A stretch of DNA of 64,000 bases, taken from positions 46,252,001 to 46,316,000 of the forward strand of contig NC_043007.1 in the NCBI RefSeq assembly GCF_006345805.1, in the 5' to 3' direction. The DNA is from Octopus sinensis (lineage: Eukaryota). Numbering within the stretch: position 1 is the first letter of the stretch; every line of letters begins with the position of its first letter. Of this stretch, positions 51,694 through 64,000 are shown piece by piece. The translations under genes and the position numbers were made by a program. A model generated the notes under the pieces. It was not told where the DNA came from. It did no database searches and worked only from the letters and a program-made list of their open reading frames with translations.

Positions 51694-52082
51694 AGGCGCA
51701 AGCATGGTTGAGTAGTAAAAATTTGTTACCCGACCACATAGCTTCGGGTGTAGTCCCACTGCGTAGTACGATGAGTAAATGTCTTCTACTATAGCATCAA
51801 TTAAAATTTCATGAGTAACTTTGGTAGACGGAAACTAAAAGGAGCCCGTCGTGTTTATACATATATATATATATGGGGGTGGGGTGGGGATTAAATGTGT
51901 TTGCTTTTGTTCTCACCTGCTTGAAAACTGATATTAGTTCATTTACGTCCCTTAACTTAGCGGTTTTGCGAATGCGGCCGATTGGATAATTACTAATCGC
52001 ATAAGTACTGGATTCGATTTGTTTTGCTAAAAACAGTCCTTCATGCTCTTAGCCCAGCATCTCCAAAACTGAAACAGGTAAA
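51694..52082 (+). mobile_element. SINE family 1, variant copy
   Basis: aggcgcaagcatggttgagtagtaaaa...gtagtcccactgcg...gtagacggaaac...gcccgtcg; tail degenerate. Confidence 0.8.
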
Positions 52083-53807
52083 TTATAAAACGTAAACAAA
52101 ACGTACGACTCTATTTTGTTTTGCGATGTCCATAAAATGCTTCGAGTCAAGGGCGAAGTAATAACAATTTCATAGTTTCAAAACTAAAGAAACAGACACA
52201 AGTACTTAACATTTGAATTTCGGAAAGGGATGGTTGTCACATATTTCACGGCTGGAGTATACAGCCTCCAAAATATATTGTTTCTAAATAAGCTGAATTA
52301 GTTTGTTTGAGTTATTTAGTAAATAAGTCACTTTCATAAAATGTGTATGATAATCACTAGTAACTATTTTTTAATGTTATTGATGGTTCATGTATAATAT
52401 CTACATTCTAAATGAATAAAGTCGTCACTACTATTAATTGATACTTAGACATAGGGATATGTTACAGAAGAATGATTAAAAAATAATATGCTAGAAAGCG
52501 ACCGAGTCCAAGAAAACAATTGGAATTTATTGTAAAACAATTCAACTGGCAAGAGTAAAACCATTGTCTAACCAGTAAAGAAAGGACAAATATTTATAAG
52601 ATTTAGAGTACTCCCCCACCATGTGAATAACAATCGAATTACTTGAGTTTGGCAGTCATTTGAAGTATCAGTGCGTACATATGAAATATCGATAAGAAGT
52701 AATTATTTTAAAAAATCATAGAATAAAATATCGGTCAGTTTAGATAATTGATATGTTGCTCTTTTGCTATAAAGATAAAATGCATTGTCTAGGAATTACA
52801 CACACACACACCACACACACACACACATATATATATATATACATTTATACATGTACATATACGTATATATGTCTGAGAGTGTGTGTGTATGTATATTTAT
52901 ATATACCGGCACAGATACACACAAACACACACACATACACAGACACACGCATATGTATATGTATATACATGTAAAAAAAGTGGTGTATTTGTTTTGATGT
53001 GGAATAAGTAATTGCAGATTCTAACGTTGTTGATTTCCAACTCAGAATATGAGTTTCGAATAAGATAACTTTTGTCAAAGTTAACGATGATGCAACAACG
53101 TCTGCCACATAATTCTGTGAAGTATTAATCCCCTTTTAATTGTTTTTCTTATGCATTTTTCTTTAACCACAGTAGATTTCCATTTCTTTTTCTTCATTGT
53201 ATTTACTACAACGAAGCCTAATAATAAATTTATCAGCAAATAGAAAACAAAAAAAAAATAGAAAAAGGAAAAAAATCAATTGGAAACCATAATTACTAAG
53301 AATACTTTTAATTCTGAACCAATCCTGTTTACCAGATACTTTTGGTTCACAAAACATGACCAAAAGAAATTTTAATATTATCAGCTGTATACAATGACTT
53401 CTATTCTCGGTGCAAAATAGTTCCTTTGTTACTTGTTTCCACAATAAAGTGTTGACTGTTATTTCGAGAGAGGTTGAATAAGTTCGCAAGACAATATTTA
53501 GTAGTATTGTCTTAAGAGTAGGATATGTTATTCAAATATTAATTCTGTTAAAATTAGATTTGCTCATCTTGCAGAACAAACCTTTGGCCTAAAATACATG
53601 AGAAAATTTAAAAAAGTACAAGCTGCTCGATATTCTATTTGACTGCCCCACTGAATAGTCAAATTCAAAAAATATATTATCATAGTCATTCTGTTAAAAA
53701 ACAAACAAAAGAAAAGTAAATAGAAATGACATGGACAATATCATATGAATGCACGTATATATATGTGTGTGTTAGTGTGTGTGTATCCTTCCGTGTGTGT
53801 TTATGTG

Positions 53808-53872
<65 letters not shown>

Positions 53873-54029
53873 GAGAGAGAGAGAGAAGAGGAAGAGAGAG
53901 AGGCTTATGTAGTGAATGGGCATTCACACCGATGAGAAAAACAATTAAGCAAAAATATGCCTATATATATGTGTGTGTGTATATATATATCATCGTCATC
54001 ATCATTGATGATGATGATGATATATTGAT

Positions 54030-54064
54030 ATACATATGTGCGTGTGTGTGTGTGTTATACATGC

Positions 54065-54095
<31 letters not shown>

Positions 54096-54310
54096 GTATG
54101 TATGCATATATGTATGTATGTATGCATATATGTATGTATGTATGCATATATGTATGTATGTATGTATGTATGCATATATGTATGTATGTATGCATATATG
54201 TATGTATGTATGCATGCATGTATGTATGTATGCATATATGTATATGTATGTATGTATGCATATATGTATATGTATGTATGAATGTATGTAGGTATGTATG
54301 TATGTATATG
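54030..54310. repeat. Higher-order (TATG/TGCA) microsatellite
   Basis: Seen directly. Repeating tatgtatgtatgcata-type units explain the ORFs at 53779-54374. Confidence 0.95.
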
Positions 54311-54589
54311 AAAATGCAGGCACAAATCCCATAAATTTCGATGAATATGTTATGAGAAAACTAAGTACAGACATTATTACTTCTCAAAAATTTTGTGTAA
54401 AGAGAAAAACAGTCAGCCACATTACCTGCAGATGTTCGAAAATTCTCATATTGGCATTGCATATTAAAAAAAAAAAATCATCAAAATTGTGAATGTAGAA
54501 CTACTGCTACTGCCACTACTACTACTACTACTACTACTACTAATAATAATAATAATAATAATAATGATGATGGTAATTATATATGTCTT

Positions 54590-54712
54590 TATTGCCCATA
54601 AGGGGCTAAACATAGAGTGGACAAACAAAGACAGACAAAGGGATTAGGTCGATTACATCGACCCCAGTGCATAACTGGTACTTTATTTATTGACCCCGAA
54701 AGGATGAAGGGC
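54590..54712 (-). mobile_element. SINE family 2, 3-prime part
   Basis: ggattaggtcgattacatcgaccccagtgcataactggtactttatttattgaccccgaaaggatgaaggg. Confidence 0.75.
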
Positions 54713-54764
54713 ATGACAACAATAATAGCAACAACAACAAAAAATGATGATAATAATAGTAATA

Positions 54765-54962
54765 ATGGTTCCAAATTTTTCTACAAGACTAGCTAGTTCA
54801 GGGGAGTGGATAAGTCGATTATATTGACCCTAGTACTCAACTGGTGCTTATTTATCAACCCCAAAAGGATGAAAGGCAAGAGTCAACCTCGGTGGCATCC
54901 GAACTCAAAATGTAAAGATGGACAAAATGCCACTAAGCCTTTTGACTGGTGTACTAATGATT
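54765..54962 (-). mobile_element. SINE family 2
   Basis: ataagtcgattatattgaccctagtactcaactgg...aggatgaaaggcaagagtcaacctcgg...aaatgccactaagc. Confidence 0.8.
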
Positions 54963-54994
54963 AATAATCATAATAATAAGAAGAAGAACCCTTT

Positions 54995-55204
54995 TTACTA
55001 TAGGCACAAAACCCGAAATTTTTGAGGAGGGGGCCAGTCAATTAGATCGACCCCAGTATGCAACTGGTACCTAATTTATCAACTCCGAAAGGATGAAAGG
55101 CAAAGTCGACCTCGGCAGAATTTGAACCCAGGATGTAAAGACAGATGAAATACCACTAAGTATTTTACCTCGTGTGCCAAAGTTTCTACCAGCGCATCGC
55201 CCTC
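54995..55204 (-). mobile_element. SINE family 2, full length
   Basis: ggaggggggccagtcaattagatcgaccccagt...aggcaaagtcgacctcggcagaatttgaacc...gcatcgcct. Confidence 0.87.
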
Positions 55205-55802
55205 ATAATAATAATAATAATAATAATAACAATTATAATAATAACAATAATAGTAATAATTATAGTAATAGTAACTAGAATATCACTTGTAATAGATTAA
55301 ACAATGGCTGCATGATTTCTTACATTAAATAATGCTGCAATACCCCATAACCATCAACACAAACACTACTACCACCACCGTCACCACCACCCCTACAAGC
55401 AGAAGCTGCATATAAATGTTAGCACTATCAACTCCCTAATATCAATATTAACACCAACAACACAGTAACCCACCACCACCACCATTAACACCACAACTAC
55501 TGTTGCCATTATAGAAAGAAAAAAAGATTACAAACTGATTTTCTTAGCTAAGCACTCCACTGGTTTGTTTGCTTAGATTTAGCATCACAATTATATCATT
55601 AAAAAATACAACGGTAAAAGTCAGAGTTCATAATTGCTGCAGAGTACGTTTGGTATTCTTCAAGTTACCAATTTTAATGGCTATAAGTCAGTTGAAAATG
55701 GGAAGTAGCTGCAAGAAGGAGAAAAAGAAGAGAATGCAAAACCAGAAAATGTATTTTAGAAATCTTAAAAATTTATGGATGTTTGTGTTTATATGTACAC
55801 AT

Positions 55803-55837
<35 letters not shown>

Positions 55838-55894
55838 AAATATACATATACATATAAACTATTATATATATTTATATATACACATATATATGTA

Positions 55895-55940
<46 letters not shown>

Positions 55941-56875
55941 ATATGTATACATAATATATGTGTGTGTGTGTTTATATGGCTATATAATGTGTGTATATAT
56001 TTATATGTATGTAAGTGTGTGCACAATTTAAGATTTTAGATTGAAAATAGAAATCTCTGTGTGAACAATTAACATTTAAATGATCTTTTGTTTTGTCTTT
56101 TATCTCCTGCTTCTGGCTATTACTGGTTGTTGTAACCAAAATTCAATGACATTAAGTGTAATTGTTATTGAATTATATATATGAACTTACACACACAGAC
56201 ACATGCACACATCTATTTATATAATATATATATATATAGTAGTCTTTCATACGTTATCTAGGAGTATTAGAGCTTCAGATGCATTTCTTGTATGATTTTT
56301 ATTTCTTTATTATCTGTTCATTTGTCTTGAACCTGGTTCCTCTCAATAATACCCTTCAGTGTTCCTAAATTTCATGCACAGAAGCTGTTCCATTTTCTTT
56401 TCTTTCTTCGGTATTTCTTTCTCTGTCTTCCCATTTTGCTCTCTTTGAGCAAAACACTTCATCTCACATGGCTCTGTGATTACTCAATTACCTGATGCAT
56501 AGCACACTGTGCATCGGTTCCAGCAACAGATGAAGGGAGCTAGCTAATGTACAGCACATACATTTGATCACTATAAACAAAACATCTCAGCAGATCATTT
56601 GGAGAAAAGAAAATGAACATTCATATGTTGTCTTCAACAGGAGAGTCCAAAAGCATCCTCTACTCACCCAACAAGAACTCACTACTTGAACAAAACTGGA
56701 TACAACTCACCCAACAAGAACTCACTACTTGAACAAGACTTGACTTAAACAGGATTCGAATAATCCTATCAGGTGGTGCTATTAAGTTAGACATGGCCTG
56801 GACCAATCTTTGGTCGAAACATATCTAAGTGTATCTAAGTGTGTGTGTACGTATGTATGTATATTGCTAATATTA

Positions 56876-57090
56876 AGGTGTTGAGCAGGTAAAATCGTTA
56901 GCACACCGGTCAAAGTGGTTTGTGGCATTTCGTCCGACTTGATGTTCTGGGTCCAAATTCGTCCCAGGTCGACTTTGAATTTTATCCTTATGGGATCAAT
57001 AAACTAATTACCAGTTGAACACTGGGGTCAATGTCATCGACTTAATCGTGCCTCCGAAACTGCTGAGCTTGTGACAAAATTTCGAACCAA
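56876..57090 (+). mobile_element. SINE family 2, full length
   Basis: aaggtgttgagcaggtaaaatcgttagcacaccgg...ggtcgactttg...ccagttgaacactggggtcaat. Confidence 0.8.
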
Positions 57091-57092
57091 GA

Positions 57093-57300
57093 TTAAGGCC
57101 GCGTACCACCAGAATCACTCTTGCACGACTGAAAAATTGCTTTGCCGTATTCCATCCGTCCTTACGTTCTGAGTTCAAATCCGCTGATGTCGAATTTGCC
57201 GTTCATTCTTTCAGGATCGTTAAAATAACTATCAGTTGCGCACTGAGGTCGATTTAATCGACACACTCCTTCCCTGGAATTTCTGTGCAAAAATTTGCAC
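57093..57300 (+). mobile_element. SINE family 2, tandem second copy
   Basis: cttacgttctgagttcaaatccgc (B-box-like)...tcagttgcgcactgaggtcgatttaatcgac. Confidence 0.8.
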
Positions 57301-57369
57301 CAAACTTTCGGGTCTTCAGCCACAATTTGAAAGTTTTATTCTTTTTTTATATATTTAAATCGTCAAATA

Positions 57370-58400
57370 TACTTCACTTAGGAAAACAGAAGTACATTTT
57401 GTTGGCAGACAAGATAGTTTAGTAAGGTTCTGCAATGATTTATCTTCGCTTTTCGGCTAATGGAATTAAATGAAAGCGTTTCATAAGGTGATGATTTTGT
57501 GCAAACAAAAAGACAGCTAACGAACGTAAATTTATTCCTTGTCACATACAACTTAGTGATTTTATTGTATATACTTTTGATGATATTCGACTTCTTGTCC
57601 TTCTAAGAATAATGACAAGAACTATTTCTGGTGACTCTGCAGGAGATCATTTTCCTAATCATTGTGGAAATATCTATGGTTTTGGTGGGGATTGTAGATG
57701 TGATTATATTTTTTGGCTATTATAGTAGAGTTGGTAGTTCCATAAATATATCAGGCAGCAGCTACACTATTAAGTCTATACCAACAAAGGAGAGAAATTC
57801 TTTTGTATTGCCGTTGTAAATGAAGTGTGTTATTTAACAACAGTTAGAAAGCATGACAATATGGAATAAGTGTGATAATAATATTAGTGATAGCCTAAAT
57901 GACTTAAAAGTTTATCTTACATAGCAGGCTGATTGTGGCATGAAATAAATGCTAGGACATAACTGTTGTGAATTACGTCTTCCCAAATATAGAGTTGTTA
58001 CTTAGGATGTGTTCTTGAACACGAATATGGTGAGAAATATAATAGCATGTAGCAGACAGATGTTAACAGATATAATGGGTTGTCGGGGATAATAAGTGCT
58101 CGAGCATTTTCTTGTTGATATTTACAATCTTTAAATTAGCATTTCTCTAAATGGCCAGCCAACGTAGCATTGGAGTCCTTTTCTAGTAGGCCATTGAAGC
58201 TGAAATAGAAACTGGAGAAAATTCAACAAGTGGACATTTTTAATGCATGAATTACATAGCAAGATATGGTAGAAAATATGACCGGAGGGAAAAGATGATT
58301 CCAGGGGAAAGTATATAATAGCTTACAGTAATTTTCAAAAGTAAACAAAGTTCATAAACTGGAAGCCTAATGATCTCTTGAAATTTGAAAATTTAAAGAA
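57370..58400 (+). mobile_element. Probable Ty3/Gypsy pol relic (RT-RNase H), heavily decayed
   Basis: Ordered degenerate motifs across frames: LFG*WN*MKAFHKVMIL (about 57450), VYTFDDI (57567-57587), FFGY (about 57710), IPTKERNSF (about 57780), WNKC...LKVYLT (57862), LGCVLEH (58002), HWSPFLVG (58168), KW..LMHE, PEGKD. Spacing is roughly as expected. Confidence 0.5.
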
Positions 58401-59038
58401 AGAAAACAAAATAACTCCAAAAGAAATGATATAACATCGATTTTAAATGGACTTGTTACACTTTATAATGCAGTGAATAATGCAGTGAATACATTTACTT
58501 TATATGATACAAGTATCATTTAAATTAAATATAATTAGTTAAACTAAATACAATTAAATAAGGCAAATTCGGCATGTAGGATGTAAAAATGACTGTTGTT
58601 CAGTGCTTCAAATTTATCTGCTTAATCAATTAAAAGAGTCGCTTGAACCGTATTTCAGTTAACCTTATTTCAAGGGACTGTGATATTACATTAAGTCTCA
58701 TACATATCGTCTCCTCCCTGATTTGCTGTAGAAACGACTGTATGTAGTGCAAACACGTTTACTCTCGGACGAATTAAAATCTTTATACCTACTCGCTGCT
58801 ATCATTTGCACAGACACAAGCTAGATTTCCATGGGTGCAATTATTGTCCTTGTTGCTTAGCATCGGAGCAGTTCTGATGGAGTAGGAACAACGTATAAAA
58901 ATGTTACCTTCATGATCATTATATGATTATTTATGCAAGGAATATCAACACAGAGTCCTCCCCTAAAACTGCTGTCCCTGTGCTAAGATTTAAGAAATGT
59001 ATATCATTATATAATGTATATCATTATAACTATTTTAC

Positions 59039-59204
59039 AGGCGCAGACATGGTTGAGTAGTAAAAATTTGTTACCCGACCACATGGCTCCGGGTGTAGTC
59101 CCACTGCGTCGTACTATGACCGAACGTCTTCTACTATAGCATTAATTAAAATCTTGCGAGTAACTTTAGTAGACGGAAACTGAAAAGAGCCCGTCGTGTT
59201 TATA
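59039..59204 (+). mobile_element. SINE family 1, variant copy (5-prime half)
   Basis: Shares diagnostic variants (ggttgagtagtaaaaatttgttacccgaccac) and the upstream flank with 51694. Confidence 0.82.
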
Positions 59205-59219
59205 TATGTAGCAAAATAA

Positions 59220-59900
59220 TTGGCATCCCGAACCTCCAGGTAGAGAATAGCTCTTTAGTTTGTTGCCCACAGTATATGACAAGAGAAGATCTAGTCTACA
59301 CAACAATATGCCTAATAACTTCCAGATTCCATGATTTTGACACTGTTTGTTGATGTTAGTGCGTGCAGTAACGATGAAATAACACTTAATTACCTCGTGA
59401 AGAATATGGAGGGCTATATTGGAATCCTGCAGGTTGATATTCATTTCTTCATTGTAGATAGCGATCCTGTGTTTGTGGTATCCCAATCATGTACTGAGCA
59501 TGGAAAAATAATCCGGCAAAGATATAATATTTCTGGGTCCTAAGAAGAATTAAATTCCCCTGTGACATAATATTATACGGCTACATTCTTGTATAAACAG
59601 CACGAATCATTCTAATAAAGTTATGTGATGAGATACCGAAACCAATATATTTTTACCCACATAAAAAGACGGTTTCAGATCACTGCATGAATACCATATT
59701 ATACACAACCCTAACAAGTACCGTACAGTTGTTAACGTCTGCAAAGTTTTTAACTGCATACTTCATTAAATATTACGTCTGGAAATCTACTTGTAATACC
59801 ACCTAACCTCTACCAAACGTTGCTATTTCCTGAATAGAATATCTTAGTGATCTGCTCTCTCACCTCCTCTCTTCAGCACGACTACACTTCCGGCAGGTAG
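59220..59900 (-). mobile_element. Possible LTR-retrotransposon RT relic
   Basis: Weak frameshifted motifs on the minus strand: EEVREQITK, IRAVY, KYY...DYFS, PAGFQYSP, CVD*IF. Could be chance. Confidence 0.25.
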
Positions 59901-61659
59901 GCACTATTGTAATAATATATAGATATTGTCTAACTCCAATATGTAATAGCTATATTGAAGATTACTCAGTGTCAGTATACTATAGCTTCACTATATGTTT
60001 GAGTGTTATAATATCTATACCATCTAATCTAAATTCTTATAAATGACTCCGTAGTCATAGTTTTGTTTCTATTTAATCTTGGAACAGGGACACCACACAA
60101 ACATATAGGCATGTAGTGTTTAACACCATCAACATCTCTTGTCAGATTTTTTGATAACTGAATTGTCCACTTAGAATCTAAAACACAGAAACATAGAGCT
60201 ATTCATAATCTTTATCACATTCCTTTAATATTTCTCTCTCTGAAAGTGTGTTAACTCTCTTTCATACAAAATATTTGAATTCCCAGATAGCTATATTTAA
60301 TATTCATAAAAGAAAAATACTTTTAAGTACTACACTGTGGTTTCTTTAATTTTGCAGCAGTTCAAATTGTTTGGATGTTTCCGATCTCAATTGATTATTA
60401 TGGAAATAACTTTATTATTTCTATTTATTGCAAGTTATGTTTTGTTGTAGACATCATTTTATAAGATGGATTCTAAAAATTCCTTTCATTAAATATCAAT
60501 ATTTCATCATTTTATGCTTTCTTCCATATTCTCTTTTCACTTACGTTATTATGACTTATATGATTTTAAGTATATTTTAGTTTTATTCATTGATAATCAC
60601 GTGTTTATGAAATTTAAAATCTGCCTAATCTATTTTAGCTATAAATTATTTAAAATAAAACCAAAATGAAGTCGTATTGTTAATAAATTCACTTCGTCCT
60701 CATTTATCAAAATCATTTCTGAAAATACGGTAGACCATAATCGTGTATATTTGTTTCAAAATTATTTCAAAGCAGAGGTGTATTTAGGTATGTTCCTAAC
60801 TGTCGTTTTAGCAATATCACTATATAAAAAATAGTAATATATATTAAATATATGGTAACGGTATAAATACACATCATTCACAATTTGAATTTTAAATACC
60901 ACTTTTAAAATCTAATGACCTATTTATTTCCGGTTTATTTGATTTAAGATTTAGATTCTGTTGCCATTGTTACTTGGAAACAAAATAGTTTTGTAATAAA
61001 AATAATTGCTATTGATCAGAGAAAAACACCAATTAATCTAGACTAAAAATATATGGTATGAGAAATAGTTTTAAATATTTAATAAACCCAGAGAAATAGA
61101 ATTCTCAAGAAAAGTATCCAAACAACGTAAATCGGAAAATTAACGGGAAACGAGAAAGGAAATGTGATGAAGGTTAAAGGATATCAAGGAAGAGAATTAC
61201 TTTAAGATTTAGATATATCACGATGCAGAAAATACAAACATATATGCATATATACAAACATACAGTCTTGTATAGATATAGATAGATAAATAGATAGAGG
61301 CGGATAATGGTTATCTTCTCTACAGACATCAGTAAGTTAGGTATAAGTTCATATAATTGCGAAAGGCACTGATTTCTGCTTTAAAAGAAATTTGGCTACT
61401 ATTGCGATACCGTTGAGATTTTGCATATTCTGTGCTCTCACTTCAGGCACTCAATGATAACTGGATAAATATAAATATATATTAAGGGCATTACGACACG
61501 TAAATGCCTCACGCTATGAGGAACTATTAATGTCAAACATACCATAGTGATAAATATTTTTAAAGGGAATAATTATAAATTTTTCCCTTAAATAGTTTTC
61601 ATACTGACTACTTGATAAATTCTTATATAGATTTTATCGAATATTTAATTTTAAAAATG

Positions 61660-61708
<49 letters not shown>

Positions 61709-61804
61709 TCATAAATGAGGGTGAAAAATTAGATATTAATTTAATAATTTAATAATTTTATATATATATATATATAATATATATATATATGCATATATAT
61801 ATAC

Positions 61805-61837
<33 letters not shown>

Positions 61838-61930
61838 ATATATATATACAGACACACACACACATATATATATACACATATATATATATATATATGTATT
61901 TAGGTATGTGTATATATATATATATATATG

Positions 61931-61984
<54 letters not shown>

Positions 61985-62045
61985 CATATGAATATATAGA
62001 TATATATATATGCATATAAATATAGGTATGTATGTATATATATAT
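61660..62045. repeat. Long interrupted (TA)n/(CA)n microsatellite
   Basis: Seen directly. One of many (TA)n tracts; others at about 1950-2120, 4270-4335, 9915-9985, 26840-26960, 32520-32600, 38405-38750 and 55800-55960. Confidence 0.95.
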
Positions 62046-64000
62046 AGTCGTACATACCAATGTTTAAGATGATACACACTATAACTGCAGAAACAAGGAA
62101 AACATCACCATAAGAAGAGATTGTTAATCCCTTCGCTCAACAAACATCATTGTATAACAACTGGTTACCTGTTGAAACCAGAATTTATTGAGCTGAGTTA
62201 CGTCTTGAATGAAATAGAAAAAAGTAGTGTACTACCATCCTTAAATCTGCTGAAAGAATACCCCCTCATAAAATGTGCAGAAGGAATAGCAAATATATCG
62301 AACCCTACTACACACACATCCGTCCCCATATTGCTACCACTACTTCTGCTAATCCCATCACCTACCAAGTACACAATGAAATACCCACATAGCTAGACTG
62401 ATTCTCATACTGGCAGGAAGAGTTAAATAGCCCTCTCTGATTCATCCACTAATGCAGTATCACCTGGTGAAATGAATCAATGATGATAATCAACCGGATG
62501 CCCATTGATACTACGGATAATACTGTGATAATCCTAAGGGTACGGACTCTGATGTTAAAATCATGTGATTTGTGGAAACGCGCGTAGCGATGTATTAAAC
62601 ATTTATAAATTCAATCCTAGAATTATATATATATATATACCTGTGTGTGTTTGTGAATTTTGGTTGCAAGATTCATAATGAAATGTCGTGTGTTGAAACA
62701 GATGCAGTTGTATTTCGGGACGGTCATTTGTTTTTGTCAAGTAAACACATGCACTGTATAATCGTTCTTCACTCGTTTGTTACAGTTCTTATTCTAACTC
62801 ATGTCCATTGTCCGGAAATCTTTAGTTATACATTTGTGACCTCCTCAGTGACACTTCCCTTCTTCGTGTGCTCTCGTGCTCTGACCATCCTCAAATAAAA
62901 CAATATATGCATAAATATATATAAGAGAGTTTGTATGTGTGTGTGTGTGCGCGCGTGTATGTTCCTTACGCATTCGAAAACAGAGTTGCCGTTTTTTGAC
63001 GTATGGGGTATCAAGAGTTTCAACATACTTTTGGCTACCAACTAAACTATATTTTCCTTCACTTATTTGCATTACAAAAATTTAACATTGTCATTTTCGT
63101 TTTAGTCACCTATCGTAAACGCCATCTTTTACCACCATCACGATGACAATGCCGTCACATTTTCTATATGTGTTCCAGCGATCGTTACGTACGTTAGGCC
63201 GATGATTGACATGTATATATGCGTAACTAAATTTCTGTGACACCTGAAACACACGCACACATTTAAAGACACAAAAAGACACACACAGGGACAGAGGCAG
63301 GCTTGAGGTGTGCGTTAATATATGTCTGTGTGTCTGTTATTATATGTATATGACTTTATACTCAACAGTGAAACGCGCTGATATTGAAAGTTGCAACGAC
63401 AAGGTTTCATTAGAAATTGAAAATAGTTTCGCACCTTCAGTTACAACCAAAATTGCAGTGTTTGATTACGAGACTGACGATGTGTGGATAATGAAAATAA
63501 CGCTTCTCGGATGACAGTTGATTGACAACTTTGAGAGTTATAACGAAACATAGCCGCTGCTTATTATCTGTCAACCACATAAACTTTGCTTTTCACTCAA
63601 CAACTCTTTTTTACAACTAAAATAACCTAGGCAACTACTCGGGTCGCACAATTTTAAGGTCATTTCCAGACAGTATTTCAATGTGCTTCTAATGTTTTAC
63701 TTTTATCCGATGTTTCACGCATGCATATAATTCTACAAGGACAAACATTTAGGAAAATGTTCACATAAATATTGTTTTAAAATAAGTCACAAAGACATTA
63801 CATTAAAAACCAACTATTTCTCTATATGTTATGAGGAAATACAGTCACTCTGTCTGTTTCTGTCTGTCTCTCACGCACAAAAAAGATGTATGCATATGTA
63901 TTTATGGGCAAAGGTGAAGAATACCTACAGTGTGTGGTTAGGATTAGGGTTACGCTGAAAACAGGTGGCGTACGTATTCTTTACCTCTGTCTATTTATGT

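Noticed and set aside
62121-62396. 91-aa non-repetitive ORF
   Set aside because: Non-ATG start, no recognisable motif and no clear splice signals; neighbouring frames look like decayed sequence with scattered stops.
63936-63952. Telomere-like ggttaggattagggtta
   Set aside because: Only one exact TTAGGG unit; not an array.

Overview
AT-rich, repeat-saturated eukaryotic DNA, intergenic or deep-intronic. No intact protein-coding gene, rRNA, genuine tRNA or CRISPR array could be supported. The repeat families resemble those I associate with coleoid cephalopods, most likely Octopus (inference from repeat content only). Contents: (i) three tRNA-derived SINE families in many copies, one with an internal microsatellite; (ii) decayed restriction-like-endonuclease LINEs (R4/Dong type) clustered in (TAA)n tracts at 19.3-24.1 kb and 44.8-49.5 kb, plus a non-coding ~550-bp repeat found in the same tracts; (iii) RTE LINE pieces; (iv) several mariner transposase relics; (v) an internally deleted Helitron with both termini recognisable (33683-35727); (vi) Penelope-like relics with degenerate hammerhead-ribozyme-like motifs; (vii) a probable Ty3/Gypsy pol relic; (viii) five long fold-back structures, including a perfect 114-bp inverted repeat and a spacer-less 159-bp palindrome. 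Most ORFs in the supplied track are microsatellite translations. I found no firm evidence for a new biological system. The best leads are the fold-back elements, the hammerhead-like and retrozyme-like repeats, and the (TAA)n-targeted insertion cluster. Element boundaries were read by eye and are approximate unless stated as exact.
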